From NCBI GenBank assembly GCA_021817845.1, contig JAKAFW010000003.1, forward strand, positions 54,586 through 118,585: a DNA stretch of 64,000 nt, written 5' to 3'. This DNA is from Bacteroidota bacterium (GTDB taxonomy: Bacteria > Bacteroidota > Ignavibacteria > Ignavibacteriales > Ignavibacteriaceae). The notes under the pieces were generated by a model, which was given only the letters and a program-made list of their open reading frames with translations, was not told the DNA's origin and ran no database searches. This document shows positions 28,713 through 38,099 of this stretch, piece after piece. The translations under genes were made by a program, and so were the position numbers. Numbering within the stretch: position 1 is the stretch's first letter; every line of letters starts with the position of its first letter.

Positions 28713-31094
28713 TTATTCAATCCTAAGGCTCTTAATCGGATTATTAATAGTTATTTTTATTGCTTGAAAACTTACTGTCATAATAACAATTAAAATTGCT
28801 ATGCAAGAACCAAGTATAAATATCCAAATATTTATTGAAATTCTATAAGCGAAATTTTGAAGCCAATTAGTTATAAAATAATATGCTATCGGGAATGCTA
28901 TTACAACTGAAAGTGCTGTTACTAAGAAAAATTCTTTTGTAACTGTAAAATATACGTTTGCAATTGTTGCCCCCAATACTTTCCTTATACCGATTTCTTT
29001 TGTACGTTGATTTATAACAAACAATGACATGCCGAATAAACCAAGTGAAGCAACAAATATTGTAATGAAAGTAAAGAATCCAATAATCTTAGCAAAATTT
29101 CTTTCATCATTATAAAACGATCCAAGTCTATCACTCATGAATTTATAATCCATAGCAGTACCTTGATTAAACTCTTTTGATATTTTCTCAATATATGCAA
29201 TAGTACCAGGCTTATTTTCTTTGCCTATCCTGATAGCAATTTCTCTTATATAATCAGGGTTTTTCTTAATCATTACAGGAATAATTTTTTTATAGAGTGA
29301 ATGAATGTTAAAATCCTTAACCACACCTATTATTTCCATATCCGATATTTTTTGACCTATTGGGTTTAAAATTCCTAATTCCTTTACAGTCGTTTCATTT
29401 ATAATACAAACTTTTGAAGAATCGCTGAGACCGCTTTGAACAAATGACTTACCGGCTATCATTTTCATCCCAAGTGTCTCAATAAAATCTTTGTCGACAT
29501 ACAGGTTTTCCGCATCTATAAATTTAGTTGGGTCCTGTTTGCTTGGATAGCTTGTTAATGTTTCTGAATCAGTACCGGGTAACAAATTTCCGCCGGAAAC
29601 ATCAATGATATTTGGATTCTTTTTCAATTCACTTCTAAAAACGTCAAATCTTTTGCCAATATCTTTGTTATCAGGATAAAAGACTACAAGTCCTTCTTTA
29701 TTAAAGCCGGGGTTCTTGTTTAATAAATAATTTAACTGACTGTATATAATTATTGAGCAAAAAATTAGAACAGCGAAAATTACCGTTTGCGAACCAATCA
29801 TTATTCTTCTAAAAACTGATCGATTTTTCCCCGTATTTAATTTATTCCTTATAATATCAACCGGTTTCTGCCTGTAGATGTATAATGAAATATATATCCC
29901 TGAAGCTATTCCTACAAAACATGATACCAACCAAAAGACAAGAAAGTAATTCCAATGATGAAAAAAGCTGTCCGAGACCTTTTCTCCTATTAATAAACTA
30001 ATTTGAGGAAGAAATATCTCAGTTAACATTATTGCTAAAGGTAAAGCTAAAAAGCATATCGTTAATGATTCTACAATATTCTGTTTTAATAAATCTATTT
30101 TACCTGCGCCAATTACTTTTCTTACACCAAATTCCTTACCCCTAAGACTTGCTCTGCCAATACTTAACATAAAAAAAGTTATTACAGATATAAGCAGAAT
30201 CAAAAAAGCAACAGAAGAATAGATGTAAACATTTGAAATACTTCCTACAGGGAAATAATTACTCTGCATAAAAGATGAATAGTAATAGATATTCTTTACA
30301 GGGAATAAATGATAAAGCACCTTGCATCTTCCCATTGTACGCTCAGGACTATCGGAAAATACCGCAAGTTTTTTTTGAAATGCTTTAGGATTGGCAAAAG
30401 GCGAAAGAATTACATATGTATTAACAGTAGGAAAATCCCAGTTTGTAAACATACCATGTGGTAAGGTAGCAAATTTAATTCCCCACACCTTCTTCCAAAT
30501 ATCTAATGGTGCAATAAAATTTGTCGTGAATGTCGAAGATCTGGGAATATCTTTCATTATTGCAACTATTTTAAGAGTAAAATTTTCCTTCCTGTAGTTG
30601 ATTGTAATGGATTTGCCAATGGGGTCTTTTTTTCCAAAATATTTTTTAGCTGCGAACTCACTAATAATTATTGAATTCCTATCACTTTTAAAAGATTTTA
30701 TATCTCCAAGTTTAATTGGCAACGTTAGTATATCAAAAATAGCTGGATCAGACAGAATTAGATCTTCATCGAATGTTGAATTATTTATTTTTATACTTCC
30801 ATTAATATATTTCCATCTTGCAAAATCCTTAATATCAGGGAATTGTTCCTTTAATGTTGGACCAAGAATTAAAGGTGTGGTTGCTTCGGAAAAATTAGGA
30901 ACTAATTCATCGACATATATTAAATATAAATTGTCAATATTTTTATTATAATCATCGAAGCTTAATTGATATGACACATATAAATAAATTGTGAAGCATG
31001 CAGCTAAACCGATTGCTAAACCAATTATATTAATTAAAGAATAAGTCTTAAATAATCTTAACTGTCTCAATGCTAATTTAATATAGCTTTTCAT
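28713..31094 (-). CDS. FtsX/MacB-like ABC transporter permease (two FtsX domains)
   Basis: 793 aa. N-terminal TM, large periplasmic domains, two 3-TM FtsX-type modules. No adjacent ATPase gene. Confidence 0.8.
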   Translation of the reverse strand: MKSYIKLALRQLRLFKTYSLINIIGLAIGLAACFTIYLYVSYQLSFDDYNKNIDNLYLIYVDELVPNFSEATTPLILGPTLKEQFPDIKDFARWKYINGSIKINNSTFDEDLILSDPAIFDILTLPIKLGDIKSFKSDRNSIIISEFAAKKYFGKKDPIGKSITINYRKENFTLKIVAIMKDIPRSSTFTTNFIAPLDIWKKVWGIKFATLPHGMFTNWDFPTVNTYVILSPFANPKAFQKKLAVFSDSPERTMGRCKVLYHLFPVKNIYYYSSFMQSNYFPVGSISNVYIYSSVAFLILLISVITFFMLSIGRASLRGKEFGVRKVIGAGKIDLLKQNIVESLTICFLALPLAIMLTEIFLPQISLLIGEKVSDSFFHHWNYFLVFWLVSCFVGIASGIYISLYIYRQKPVDIIRNKLNTGKNRSVFRRIMIGSQTVIFAVLIFCSIIIYSQLNYLLNKNPGFNKEGLVVFYPDNKDIGKRFDVFRSELKKNPNIIDVSGGNLLPGTDSETLTSYPSKQDPTKFIDAENLYVDKDFIETLGMKMIAGKSFVQSGLSDSSKVCIINETTVKELGILNPIGQKISDMEIIGVVKDFNIHSLYKKIIPVMIKKNPDYIREIAIRIGKENKPGTIAYIEKISKEFNQGTAMDYKFMSDRLGSFYNDERNFAKIIGFFTFITIFVASLGLFGMSLFVINQRTKEIGIRKVLGATIANVYFTVTKEFFLVTALSVVIAFPIAYYFITNWLQNFAYRISINIWIFILGSCIAILIVIMTVSFQAIKITINNPIKSLRIE

Positions 31095-31520
31095 ATCAAT
31101 GCCCCGGATGTTATATCAATACAAATAAAAATTCCCACAAATAATTTTCTAAGAGACTATTCCTTCGGAATCACTACCGGCATAATCACAATCCTCTTAT
31201 TCTTCCTTTTCATCAACTAACCATTTCACTTAAAATTGACATTTTCAAAGACACCATACTTAAGCATATGCAGTGAACTGCTATAATCCCATGCTTTAGC
31301 ATGAGGAAGAAACACCAACCAACCAAACCGGGCTTTAGCCCTGATTCTATTTTCCCAGACCTCCAGGTTTCAGCATAATGTCATAATTTATAAAAATGTT
31401 TTTTTAGAACTACCTACTTGAAAGAACAACTTGGTTTTAATAACCAATAGAATAATCAGAATATTCCGTAATGAATATCGAAGTCCGATTAGTTCGCTTT
31501 CGGTCAGTCGGCTCTCGTCT

Positions 31521-32267
31521 TCACTTCTCGAATACCATTCTCATTAGTCTTGTATCCGTCCTCAATGGCTCTTTTTTGAAATTGGAATAACCACCTATAA
31601 ATCTAAATCCAATGTCTTCTAATATATTTTTTATCTCGTGTGCGGAATACAATCTCCATGAACCGCTTTTGGTAACAACCCCATCTTTCTCGTATCTTTT
31701 AATAATAAAATTGTTCCTGCTGGTTAGATTATCAAAATCTCTTTTATCAACCACACGTATACAGTTAACCTCGGTATCTTGAATTTTTATATAGTTTTTC
31801 AAGATCCAATCCCTGTTTAATATTTCTATAAAAAATCTGCCTCTTGGTTTCAAGGCTTTAAAAGCTTTCCTTAAAATCAACTTATCCTCAATATCGCTAA
31901 AATAACCAAAGCTTTGAAACATAATAATAACCGCATCGTACCCTTTGCCATAATAAATTTTACGAACGTCACCTAGAATGAAATTCGGAGTATTAATTGT
32001 TTCTTTACATAATTGCTTTGCCAATTCTAAATAATTAACGTTCAAATCTATCCCGGTTGCTAAGTATCCTCTTCTTGCAAGTTCACGCGAATGTCTGCCG
32101 GCGCCACAGAATAGGTCAAGTACTTTATCTCCTTCATTTAATTCAAGAACATCGCAAATGAAATCGATATCTTTCCGTGTCTGCTTAGCAGGCACTCTAC
32201 CAAAGCCTGTCCTCATTCTAAATTCGTCATATAAATCCGAAAACCATTCCATATGTTTACACTCCAT
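31521..32267 (-). CDS. Class I SAM-dependent methyltransferase
   Basis: Motif I VLDLFCGAGRHSRELARRG. 248 aa. Confidence 0.8.
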   Translation of the reverse strand: MECKHMEWFSDLYDEFRMRTGFGRVPAKQTRKDIDFICDVLELNEGDKVLDLFCGAGRHSRELARRGYLATGIDLNVNYLELAKQLCKETINTPNFILGDVRKIYYGKGYDAVIIMFQSFGYFSDIEDKLILRKAFKALKPRGRFFIEILNRDWILKNYIKIQDTEVNCIRVVDKRDFDNLTSRNNFIIKRYEKDGVVTKSGSWRLYSAHEIKNILEDIGFRFIGGYSNFKKEPLRTDTRLMRMVFEK

Positions 32268-32357
32268 ATATAATGATCGTTAATAGCTAAAAATAAAGAA
32301 TCATCAAACGGTTTTATCCCAAGCCGAAAAGGGAAAATATGCTTTTATATTAAACAC

Positions 32358-32413
32358 ATGCCAAATGCGAAATGGCTTTCGTGTTGAGCTGCAGGTCAGC
32401 TCACATTATTATT
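32358..32413 (-). repeat. Partial (5'-half) copy of the attC-like element family
   Basis: Minus strand AATAATAATGT...CATTTCGCATTTGGCAT shares the leader and the TTTCGCATTYGGCAT core with E1 and E2. The 3' half is not recognisable. Confidence 0.45.
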
Positions 32414-32434
32414 TCAAACTTTCCTTAAATATTC

Positions 32435-33178
32435 TTACTTATTTTTCTCAATAAATAGCTCTCCCTTTCCATATTCTCCCGTTTCTTTTGAATGAAGAAT
32501 TATAGTAATCTTATCATATTTATCGGTAACTTTTTTTTCTTTTGGTTTCAATATTTGAACAAGATACCCATAAAGATAAGAACCACGGGCATATTCTACT
32601 ACTTTCTGAACAGATAGTATTTTAACTTTTATTTCATTTATTTTTATAAGCAATTCATTAGTAGAAATACTTTTAGGAGCGATATTTATTGTGTCATGAA
32701 GTTCGACCGCTTTTTTTTCAAACTCTTTTTTATTTCTATTATTTGTTAACATTAAGAATTTTGTTAAACTCATAGGTCTGAAGAAAACAAAATAAGTATT
32801 AAATGGAGACACTCGAGGTTCAAAAGCATTAATTCCATAAATTTCCATTTTATCATATTGCGGGTTTATCTTAAGGTCTTTATAAACAGGAATATTCCAA
32901 GCCCAATATTCAAGTTTTGTCTTTCCATATTCATTAGGTCTTATAGCATAAAGACAATAATATGTACCCTCCGCAACTTGCATTGAATAATTTCCATCTT
33001 TATCAGTAATTGTTTTATAAATGTCTTTAAAATCTCTGTCTTTTAATATTACTTTAGCGCTATCAATAGGATTTGAATTAAAATCAGTGACTTTGCCATA
33101 TAATTTAAAAGTCTCTTGTGCAAATAAGAAGTTACTGATATTTATAATTATTAATAATAGTATTAATGTTTTATTCAT
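32435..33178 (-). CDS. Secreted protein with N-terminal carboxypeptidase-regulatory-like domain
   Basis: Signal peptide, then YGKVTDFNSNPIDSAKVILKD...TDKDGNYSMQVAEGTY (CarboxypepD_reg-like beta-sandwich pattern). Confidence 0.55.
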   Translation of the reverse strand: MNKTLILLLIIINISNFLFAQETFKLYGKVTDFNSNPIDSAKVILKDRDFKDIYKTITDKDGNYSMQVAEGTYYCLYAIRPNEYGKTKLEYWAWNIPVYKDLKINPQYDKMEIYGINAFEPRVSPFNTYFVFFRPMSLTKFLMLTNNRNKKEFEKKAVELHDTINIAPKSISTNELLIKINEIKVKILSVQKVVEYARGSYLYGYLVQILKPKEKKVTDKYDKITIILHSKETGEYGKGELFIEKNK

Positions 33179-33233
33179 TCCTGATTACACTTTTGTGTTA
33201 TAAAGGTTTAGTTTATAATGTATTATACCAATG

Positions 33234-35858
33234 CTAAAAATTAAATTGAATCAACCATCTAAAATCAAATTTTTTACCGTTATTAACCGGTTGATTTATG
33301 TATAAAGGGAAATCAATTTTTATATATCCTAAAAGATTAAATCCGATTCCTAAATCATATTTGAGAGAACCAAAAGATTTATCCCAAACATTACCTACAT
33401 CGCAAAACATATTTACGAATGTTAAATTTGGAATTGAAACTTCCAGGTTAGCTCCCAATCCGTTTGAACCTCTTAAATGCTGCCCGATATAACCTCTCAA
33501 GTTAGCATCACCTTGTACATGTAAATTTCTTTGAGTAGAAATAGAATTACCTGGGTCAACAAACCAATATGCAAAGCTTGAAGGATATACGCTGCCCGAT
33601 AAAAATACAGATTCCTGGGTTGGGTAATTACCTCTTACAATTCCCCCGAATAATCTGTAATTAAGCCAATCGATAGAAGCAGGAAGAAAGTTCTCAAGCT
33701 CCATAGAAATTCTTGAATAAGAAAAATCGCCCCCCATCATCTTACTGCCAAACTTAGCTGTTATATTTTCCTTTTCACTCTGTAGTTTCTTATCCCAATT
33801 TAATGATAATGTATTGTTTGTTCCATGCTGAAAATCTTCATTATCATAATAAGCTATATCATAAATCAAGTTTCTGTTAATTGTTAAAGTCAGGATGTTA
33901 TGTTTACCATATCTTCCGTCTTTTTGAAAAATATAATTTAGATTTAATCCGTAATTCTCGGTGCCGCGGTAATTACTTAAATTCATTCCCCAATTCCATC
34001 TGTAAGAAGGCATACCAAGTATTGTTTTAAAATCAAGAGAGTATCCTGCTCTTTTAGTACCGAAACCATAAAATAAACCTGTTCTCCATTTTATGAGCTC
34101 CAGGTTTCTTGAAACAGATTCCTGCTTTACGGGATATATATTTGAAAGCCATAGCCCTAAACGTAAATGATCTCTTTCACCATAGGTAAATGAAGGATAG
34201 TAAAAATATTGTTCCTCGGACAAATTTAAATCCGAAATCAAAAAAGAAAATCTCTTTTGGCGGGGATAGTAATTATTTATCCGGTTAGCGTCTAATAAAT
34301 ACCAATTAGGGTCTATTTCCGTTTTAACAACTTTTTCATCTGAAAGAAATTCAACATTAGCAATGCCGTTTTGCAAGTTACCGACTTTTTCAATTAGTTT
34401 TTTATTATTGCTTGTTACAGCCATAACCTGGAACGGAACAAACATATCACCGTTATTTTTTATTTGAACTGTGGTTTTATAATTTCCGGCTGCGGTTTTC
34501 TCACTCTCAACATCACAAATATCATAATCTATAATTTTGTTGGTGTTAACCCAATCATTAACCTGTTTGCTTATATCTTTACCGCTTACATCTTCAAGAT
34601 ATTTTGTAAAATCATTTTGTGAAATACTATCTTTTTTGTCATTTTCAATTAAGTTTTTTATTGCATTGTCAAAAGTATTGATGCCCATAGTAAATGCAAG
34701 ACTGCTTAAAAAATAGTAACCTTTATCATAAGCTGCCCATGCATAGAGACTGCCATCCCCTAATGTGATTTTTGAAATTGGTTTTTCTTCGTAAACACTA
34801 CCGAATACTAATCTAAGTAGATCACCAAAATTACCTTCAATACCTAAAGATATGAATAAAAACTTTTTACTAAGATTAATGTCTTTGTCATACATTTTTA
34901 AAATTGTTCTGCAATATGAACTCGCGGTATATTGGGCAAACGACTCATTCAGATACCAATCGTGATAATTAAACATTATTTTGTGCGGAAACCATTGATG
35001 TGCAGCCTCATGAGCAATTATAAAACGGGTTAAATCATCGTTTTCATTTATTATGCTTGAGCTTAAAAGCATCAGTCCTTTTGGTGAATATCCACTAAAC
35101 TGATTAGAAGGAACTGCAACTTCCACAATTTTAAAATCCGGCAAAGGAAATTTTCCAAATCGTTCTTGATAATAAGATAATATTTCGCCAACGTAATTAA
35201 TAAGAGTATCACTTTTTTCTTTATGTTCCGGGAAAAGAAAAGTTTCAATATTTATATTGTCTCTGGTTTGTTCATGAACGGAATAGACTGCTGCACATAC
35301 GCTAAAAAGGATTATTGCTTCGGGCGTTTTGTAATGATAAGTCAATTTGTCTTTTAGTGTATCAACTGCTATTAAATTTCCGGAACTGATAACCGTCAAA
35401 CTATCCGGTACGGTAACTTTAGTGTTAAAAGTAGCTTTATTACTAAAATTTTGGCTTTCCAATTGGGGGTAAAATTCTGATTCAGATAAAAGCATTATTC
35501 TGCTTGATGCCCAGTCAGAGTATTTTGCTTGATAGTTAATCCTCAAGGATACAATATCATTTGGTTTAATTGGTTTGTTTAGATCTATAATTAATTTTCC
35601 ATCAACATCTATAAAATCATATCTATTCCCATGTAAATCGGAAACCAAATCAATTTTATCGTAATCGAGATTAAAGGTTAACGTATTAACAGAACTAGAA
35701 TCAAGCGATTTTATTGTAACTATAGATTCCGCATTCAGTTTTTCTTGTTTTGGGAATAATTCAAGATTTAAATCATAATGAGTTATTTTTAGATTTTGTG
35801 ATAATGACGTGGAGGTAATAAATATTAGAAAAATAAAGAATTGTAGAAGTGATTTCAT
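33234..35858 (-). CDS. M1-family zinc metallopeptidase fused to a C-terminal Omp85-type beta-barrel
   Basis: 874 aa. Signal peptide; HEAAHQWF...YLNESFA (HExxH + downstream E, M1 pattern). C-terminal FCDVGNVWDKS...YDLGIGFNLLGYIKIDFPLYIN...FDFRWLIQFNF matches the Omp85/BamA-family terminal strands. Confidence 0.65.
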   Translation of the reverse strand: MKSLLQFFIFLIFITSTSLSQNLKITHYDLNLELFPKQEKLNAESIVTIKSLDSSSVNTLTFNLDYDKIDLVSDLHGNRYDFIDVDGKLIIDLNKPIKPNDIVSLRINYQAKYSDWASSRIMLLSESEFYPQLESQNFSNKATFNTKVTVPDSLTVISSGNLIAVDTLKDKLTYHYKTPEAIILFSVCAAVYSVHEQTRDNINIETFLFPEHKEKSDTLINYVGEILSYYQERFGKFPLPDFKIVEVAVPSNQFSGYSPKGLMLLSSSIINENDDLTRFIIAHEAAHQWFPHKIMFNYHDWYLNESFAQYTASSYCRTILKMYDKDINLSKKFLFISLGIEGNFGDLLRLVFGSVYEEKPISKITLGDGSLYAWAAYDKGYYFLSSLAFTMGINTFDNAIKNLIENDKKDSISQNDFTKYLEDVSGKDISKQVNDWVNTNKIIDYDICDVESEKTAAGNYKTTVQIKNNGDMFVPFQVMAVTSNNKKLIEKVGNLQNGIANVEFLSDEKVVKTEIDPNWYLLDANRINNYYPRQKRFSFLISDLNLSEEQYFYYPSFTYGERDHLRLGLWLSNIYPVKQESVSRNLELIKWRTGLFYGFGTKRAGYSLDFKTILGMPSYRWNWGMNLSNYRGTENYGLNLNYIFQKDGRYGKHNILTLTINRNLIYDIAYYDNEDFQHGTNNTLSLNWDKKLQSEKENITAKFGSKMMGGDFSYSRISMELENFLPASIDWLNYRLFGGIVRGNYPTQESVFLSGSVYPSSFAYWFVDPGNSISTQRNLHVQGDANLRGYIGQHLRGSNGLGANLEVSIPNLTFVNMFCDVGNVWDKSFGSLKYDLGIGFNLLGYIKIDFPLYINQPVNNGKKFDFRWLIQFNF

Positions 35859-35885
35859 AAATACTCCAACTTATTAATTTTAACT

Positions 35886-36040
35886 TTATAACAGTGATGG
35901 ACTTTGAAAGCAAATGCCAATGTTTTATAAAAAACTTTGTTACCTAATTTATTTCAAGAGCATCAAACATTGACAACACAACTTTTATTATCACTAATGC
36001 AAAACAGTTTAAAGTTGTAGCCTTGGCAGCCACTTTATGC
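35886..36040 (-). repeat. Degenerate attC-like element E0
   Basis: Minus strand GCATAAAGTGGCTGCCAAGGC...AAACTGTTTTGCATTAGTG...TTGGCATTTGC...GTTATAA is collinear with E1 and E2, but the arm pairing is decayed. Confidence 0.4.
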
Positions 36041-36043
36041 TAT

Positions 36044-36871
36044 TTATTTTTTAGCAATACATTTTTTAATAAAATTTGACAGTTTATTTATATATTCCTC
36101 TGGCTCTACCTTGTAAGTATCGCAATGAGTTCCTTTTTCTACCAGCCAATATTGTTTATTATTATGACTTATCGAATTATAAAGCTTCAATGACATTGAC
36201 TCAGGTAAATTGTCATGTTTACCGTGTATTATAAGTATTGGACATTTTACTTTTTGAATTTCTAAAGAGTTATCGAATTCTAAATCTTTATCATATTTTA
36301 TTTTAATAAAATAAAGAAACCAAAAATGGGACTTCGTCGCAGCAACAAAATCCTTAGTTGAACTTATTAATCCTTCCAATATAAGACCCGATACACCTTT
36401 TCTTGTCGCAACCTTAACCGCAGGTATACTCCCCATTGATAACCCGTATATTATTATCGGCTTATTCTCAGGATTATGTTTCTCCAAATAATCCAATGCT
36501 CCTTCGGCATCTTGGTATATTCCTTTGAACGATGGTTCCCCGGTACTTCTCCCGTATCCTCTATAATCAATTGCAAACACATCTGCATTCAGCTTAGATA
36601 ACGAATTGATTATATTTGTCCAGGGATAGCTGTATAGATTTCTAGTATTTCCATGTAATAATAATATTATCGCATCGGAGTTTTCTTTTGTTAAATACCA
36701 TCCGTTAAGTGAAATGCTATCTTCAACAGAGAAATAAACATCATTGAATTTATAATCGCTGGAAAGCCTTTCTAATTTTACAGGCTGGAAAAACATACTT
36801 TCTTCAATTGTATAACAACCTTGGGAAAGAAGCGAAAGGGAAAATATTAATATTAATATTTTGTTTTTCAT
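36044..36871 (-). CDS. Alpha/beta hydrolase (lipoprotein-like signal)
   Basis: 275 aa. LLLHGN oxyanion region, GLSMGS nucleophile elbow, C-terminal GTHCD. Confidence 0.8.
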   Translation of the reverse strand: MKNKILILIFSLSLLSQGCYTIEESMFFQPVKLERLSSDYKFNDVYFSVEDSISLNGWYLTKENSDAIILLLHGNTRNLYSYPWTNIINSLSKLNADVFAIDYRGYGRSTGEPSFKGIYQDAEGALDYLEKHNPENKPIIIYGLSMGSIPAVKVATRKGVSGLILEGLISSTKDFVAATKSHFWFLYFIKIKYDKDLEFDNSLEIQKVKCPILIIHGKHDNLPESMSLKLYNSISHNNKQYWLVEKGTHCDTYKVEPEEYINKLSNFIKKCIAKK

Positions 36872-36884
36872 TTTACTCTCAACA

Positions 36885-37074
36885 GGCTAACGGGGTTGCC
36901 AATAAGCGGCGCCCCAACACTACAATGCCGAACTTGTTAAATAATTTTATAATTATAAAAATCTTTCATAGCCCAACTACCTTGAACAAGAAACCTGAAA
37001 CGGAATAACTAACCCGAGAATTATGAAAATGCCAAATGCGAAAACGGCGTCCGCCTTGATTGGCTTGGTTATGT
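36885..37074 (-). repeat. attC-like structured element E1
   Basis: Minus strand ACATAAC-CAA-GCCAAT[C]AAG[G]CGG[A]CGCC ... GGCGCCGCTTATTGGC-AACCCC-GTTAGCC. TAAC/GTTA pairing, internal loop, 16-bp stem with 3 bulges all on the ORF-proximal arm. Central ~130 nt is ~80% identical to E2. Confidence 0.6.
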
Positions 37075-37083
37075 ACGTTATTA

Positions 37084-37821
37084 TTATAAAAGCATCGGTA
37101 TTAAAACCATTATTACATTTGATATGTTATGAATTATTATTGGAAATACTATACTTTTGCTTTTTACAAATACCCAGCCCATAACGAAGCCCATACTGAA
37201 CATCTGCAGGAACATTATTAAATCGAAACTTATATTAAAATTCTTATTCAAATTTAATGCGTGTAATAAACCGAAAAGTATTGAAGTTATTAAAACACTT
37301 GGATTAATGAATTTCAAATTTTTTATTTTGATGTTATCAACCAGTATCTGACTTAATAATCCAATCATTATTCCCCTAAAAGCTAATTCTTCATCTATGC
37401 CTGGGATTGTAAGCTGGAACATCAAAGTCTCTAAGTTAAAGTTAGCTTTATTAGATGCAAAGAAGCCAATTGAAATTGTAGCGAAGGCAAACACAGATAA
37501 AACAATAAGAGAAAATCGAATCGAATTAGGTTTTTGATGAAGTGTTATACCATATTCACTAATGGGATATTTCTTATAAAAAATTAGAAATATAATAGAC
37601 CCTAAAATAGCTAAGAATTTACCAGACCAATTCCAATTTTGCTTAAAGAAATGGAATACATCCAACGAATAAGAAAATAACAATATATGATGAATAATTA
37701 CAAAGAGAGTAAAAGCAATTATAGTATAATATGTATCACGATTTTTATTTTTAATAGTAAAAAAAACAACAGGGCTTATAATAAGCAATTGCAGCAAAAC
37801 AAGAATTATTTGTCGGTACAA
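37084..37821 (-). CDS. CPBP family intramembrane glutamic endopeptidase (CAAX protease-like)
   Basis: 245 aa, multi-TM. EELAFRG, FGLLH and HNISN motifs. TTG start. Confidence 0.8.
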   Translation of the reverse strand: MYRQIILVLLQLLIISPVVFFTIKNKNRDTYYTIIAFTLFVIIHHILLFSYSLDVFHFFKQNWNWSGKFLAILGSIIFLIFYKKYPISEYGITLHQKPNSIRFSLIVLSVFAFATISIGFFASNKANFNLETLMFQLTIPGIDEELAFRGIMIGLLSQILVDNIKIKNLKFINPSVLITSILFGLLHALNLNKNFNISFDLIMFLQMFSMGFVMGWVFVKSKSIVFPIIIHNISNVIMVLIPMLL

Positions 37822-37861
37822 AATCTCACCTTATTTTATTAATAAATGTTCAAATTGTTTA

Positions 37862-38074
37862 GCACATAACGTCGTTGTGGCTAAGGCGCAGCCCAAAACT
37901 ACAATGCCGAACTTGTTAATAGTTTTTATAATTAAAAAATATTTCATAGCAAAACTACCTTGAATAAGAAACTTGAAATGGAATGACCAACACTATAATT
38001 TGTAAAATGCCGAATGCGAAAACAGTTTACCACGATTTAATCGGGGCTGTCGCCTTGAGCTACTTGTTATATGC
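37862..38074 (-). repeat. attC-like structured element E2
   Basis: Minus strand GCATATAAC-AAGTA-GCT[C]AAGGCG[A]CAGCCC ... GGGCTGCGCCTTAGC-CACAACGAC-GTTATGTGC. 9-bp terminal pairing, 5x9 internal loop, 15-bp stem with 2 bulges on the ORF-proximal arm. Confidence 0.6.
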
Positions 38075-38099
38075 GATTTTACTTTTATGATATTATTTT

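Noticed and set aside
36808-37008. 66-aa plus-strand ORF spanning the attC-like element E1
   Set aside because: It overlaps the start of the hydrolase gene and runs through a non-coding repeat. The equivalent frame in E2 is interrupted by stops, so its apparent conservation is nucleotide-level.
37026-37046. Xer/dif-like reading of TTTTCGCATTT-GGCATT-TTCATAATT inside E1 (and the equivalent in E2)
   Set aside because: Only the left arm resembles the XerC half-site (..TTCGCATAA). The right arm does not resemble TTATGTTAAAT, and the two arms are not inverted repeats of each other.
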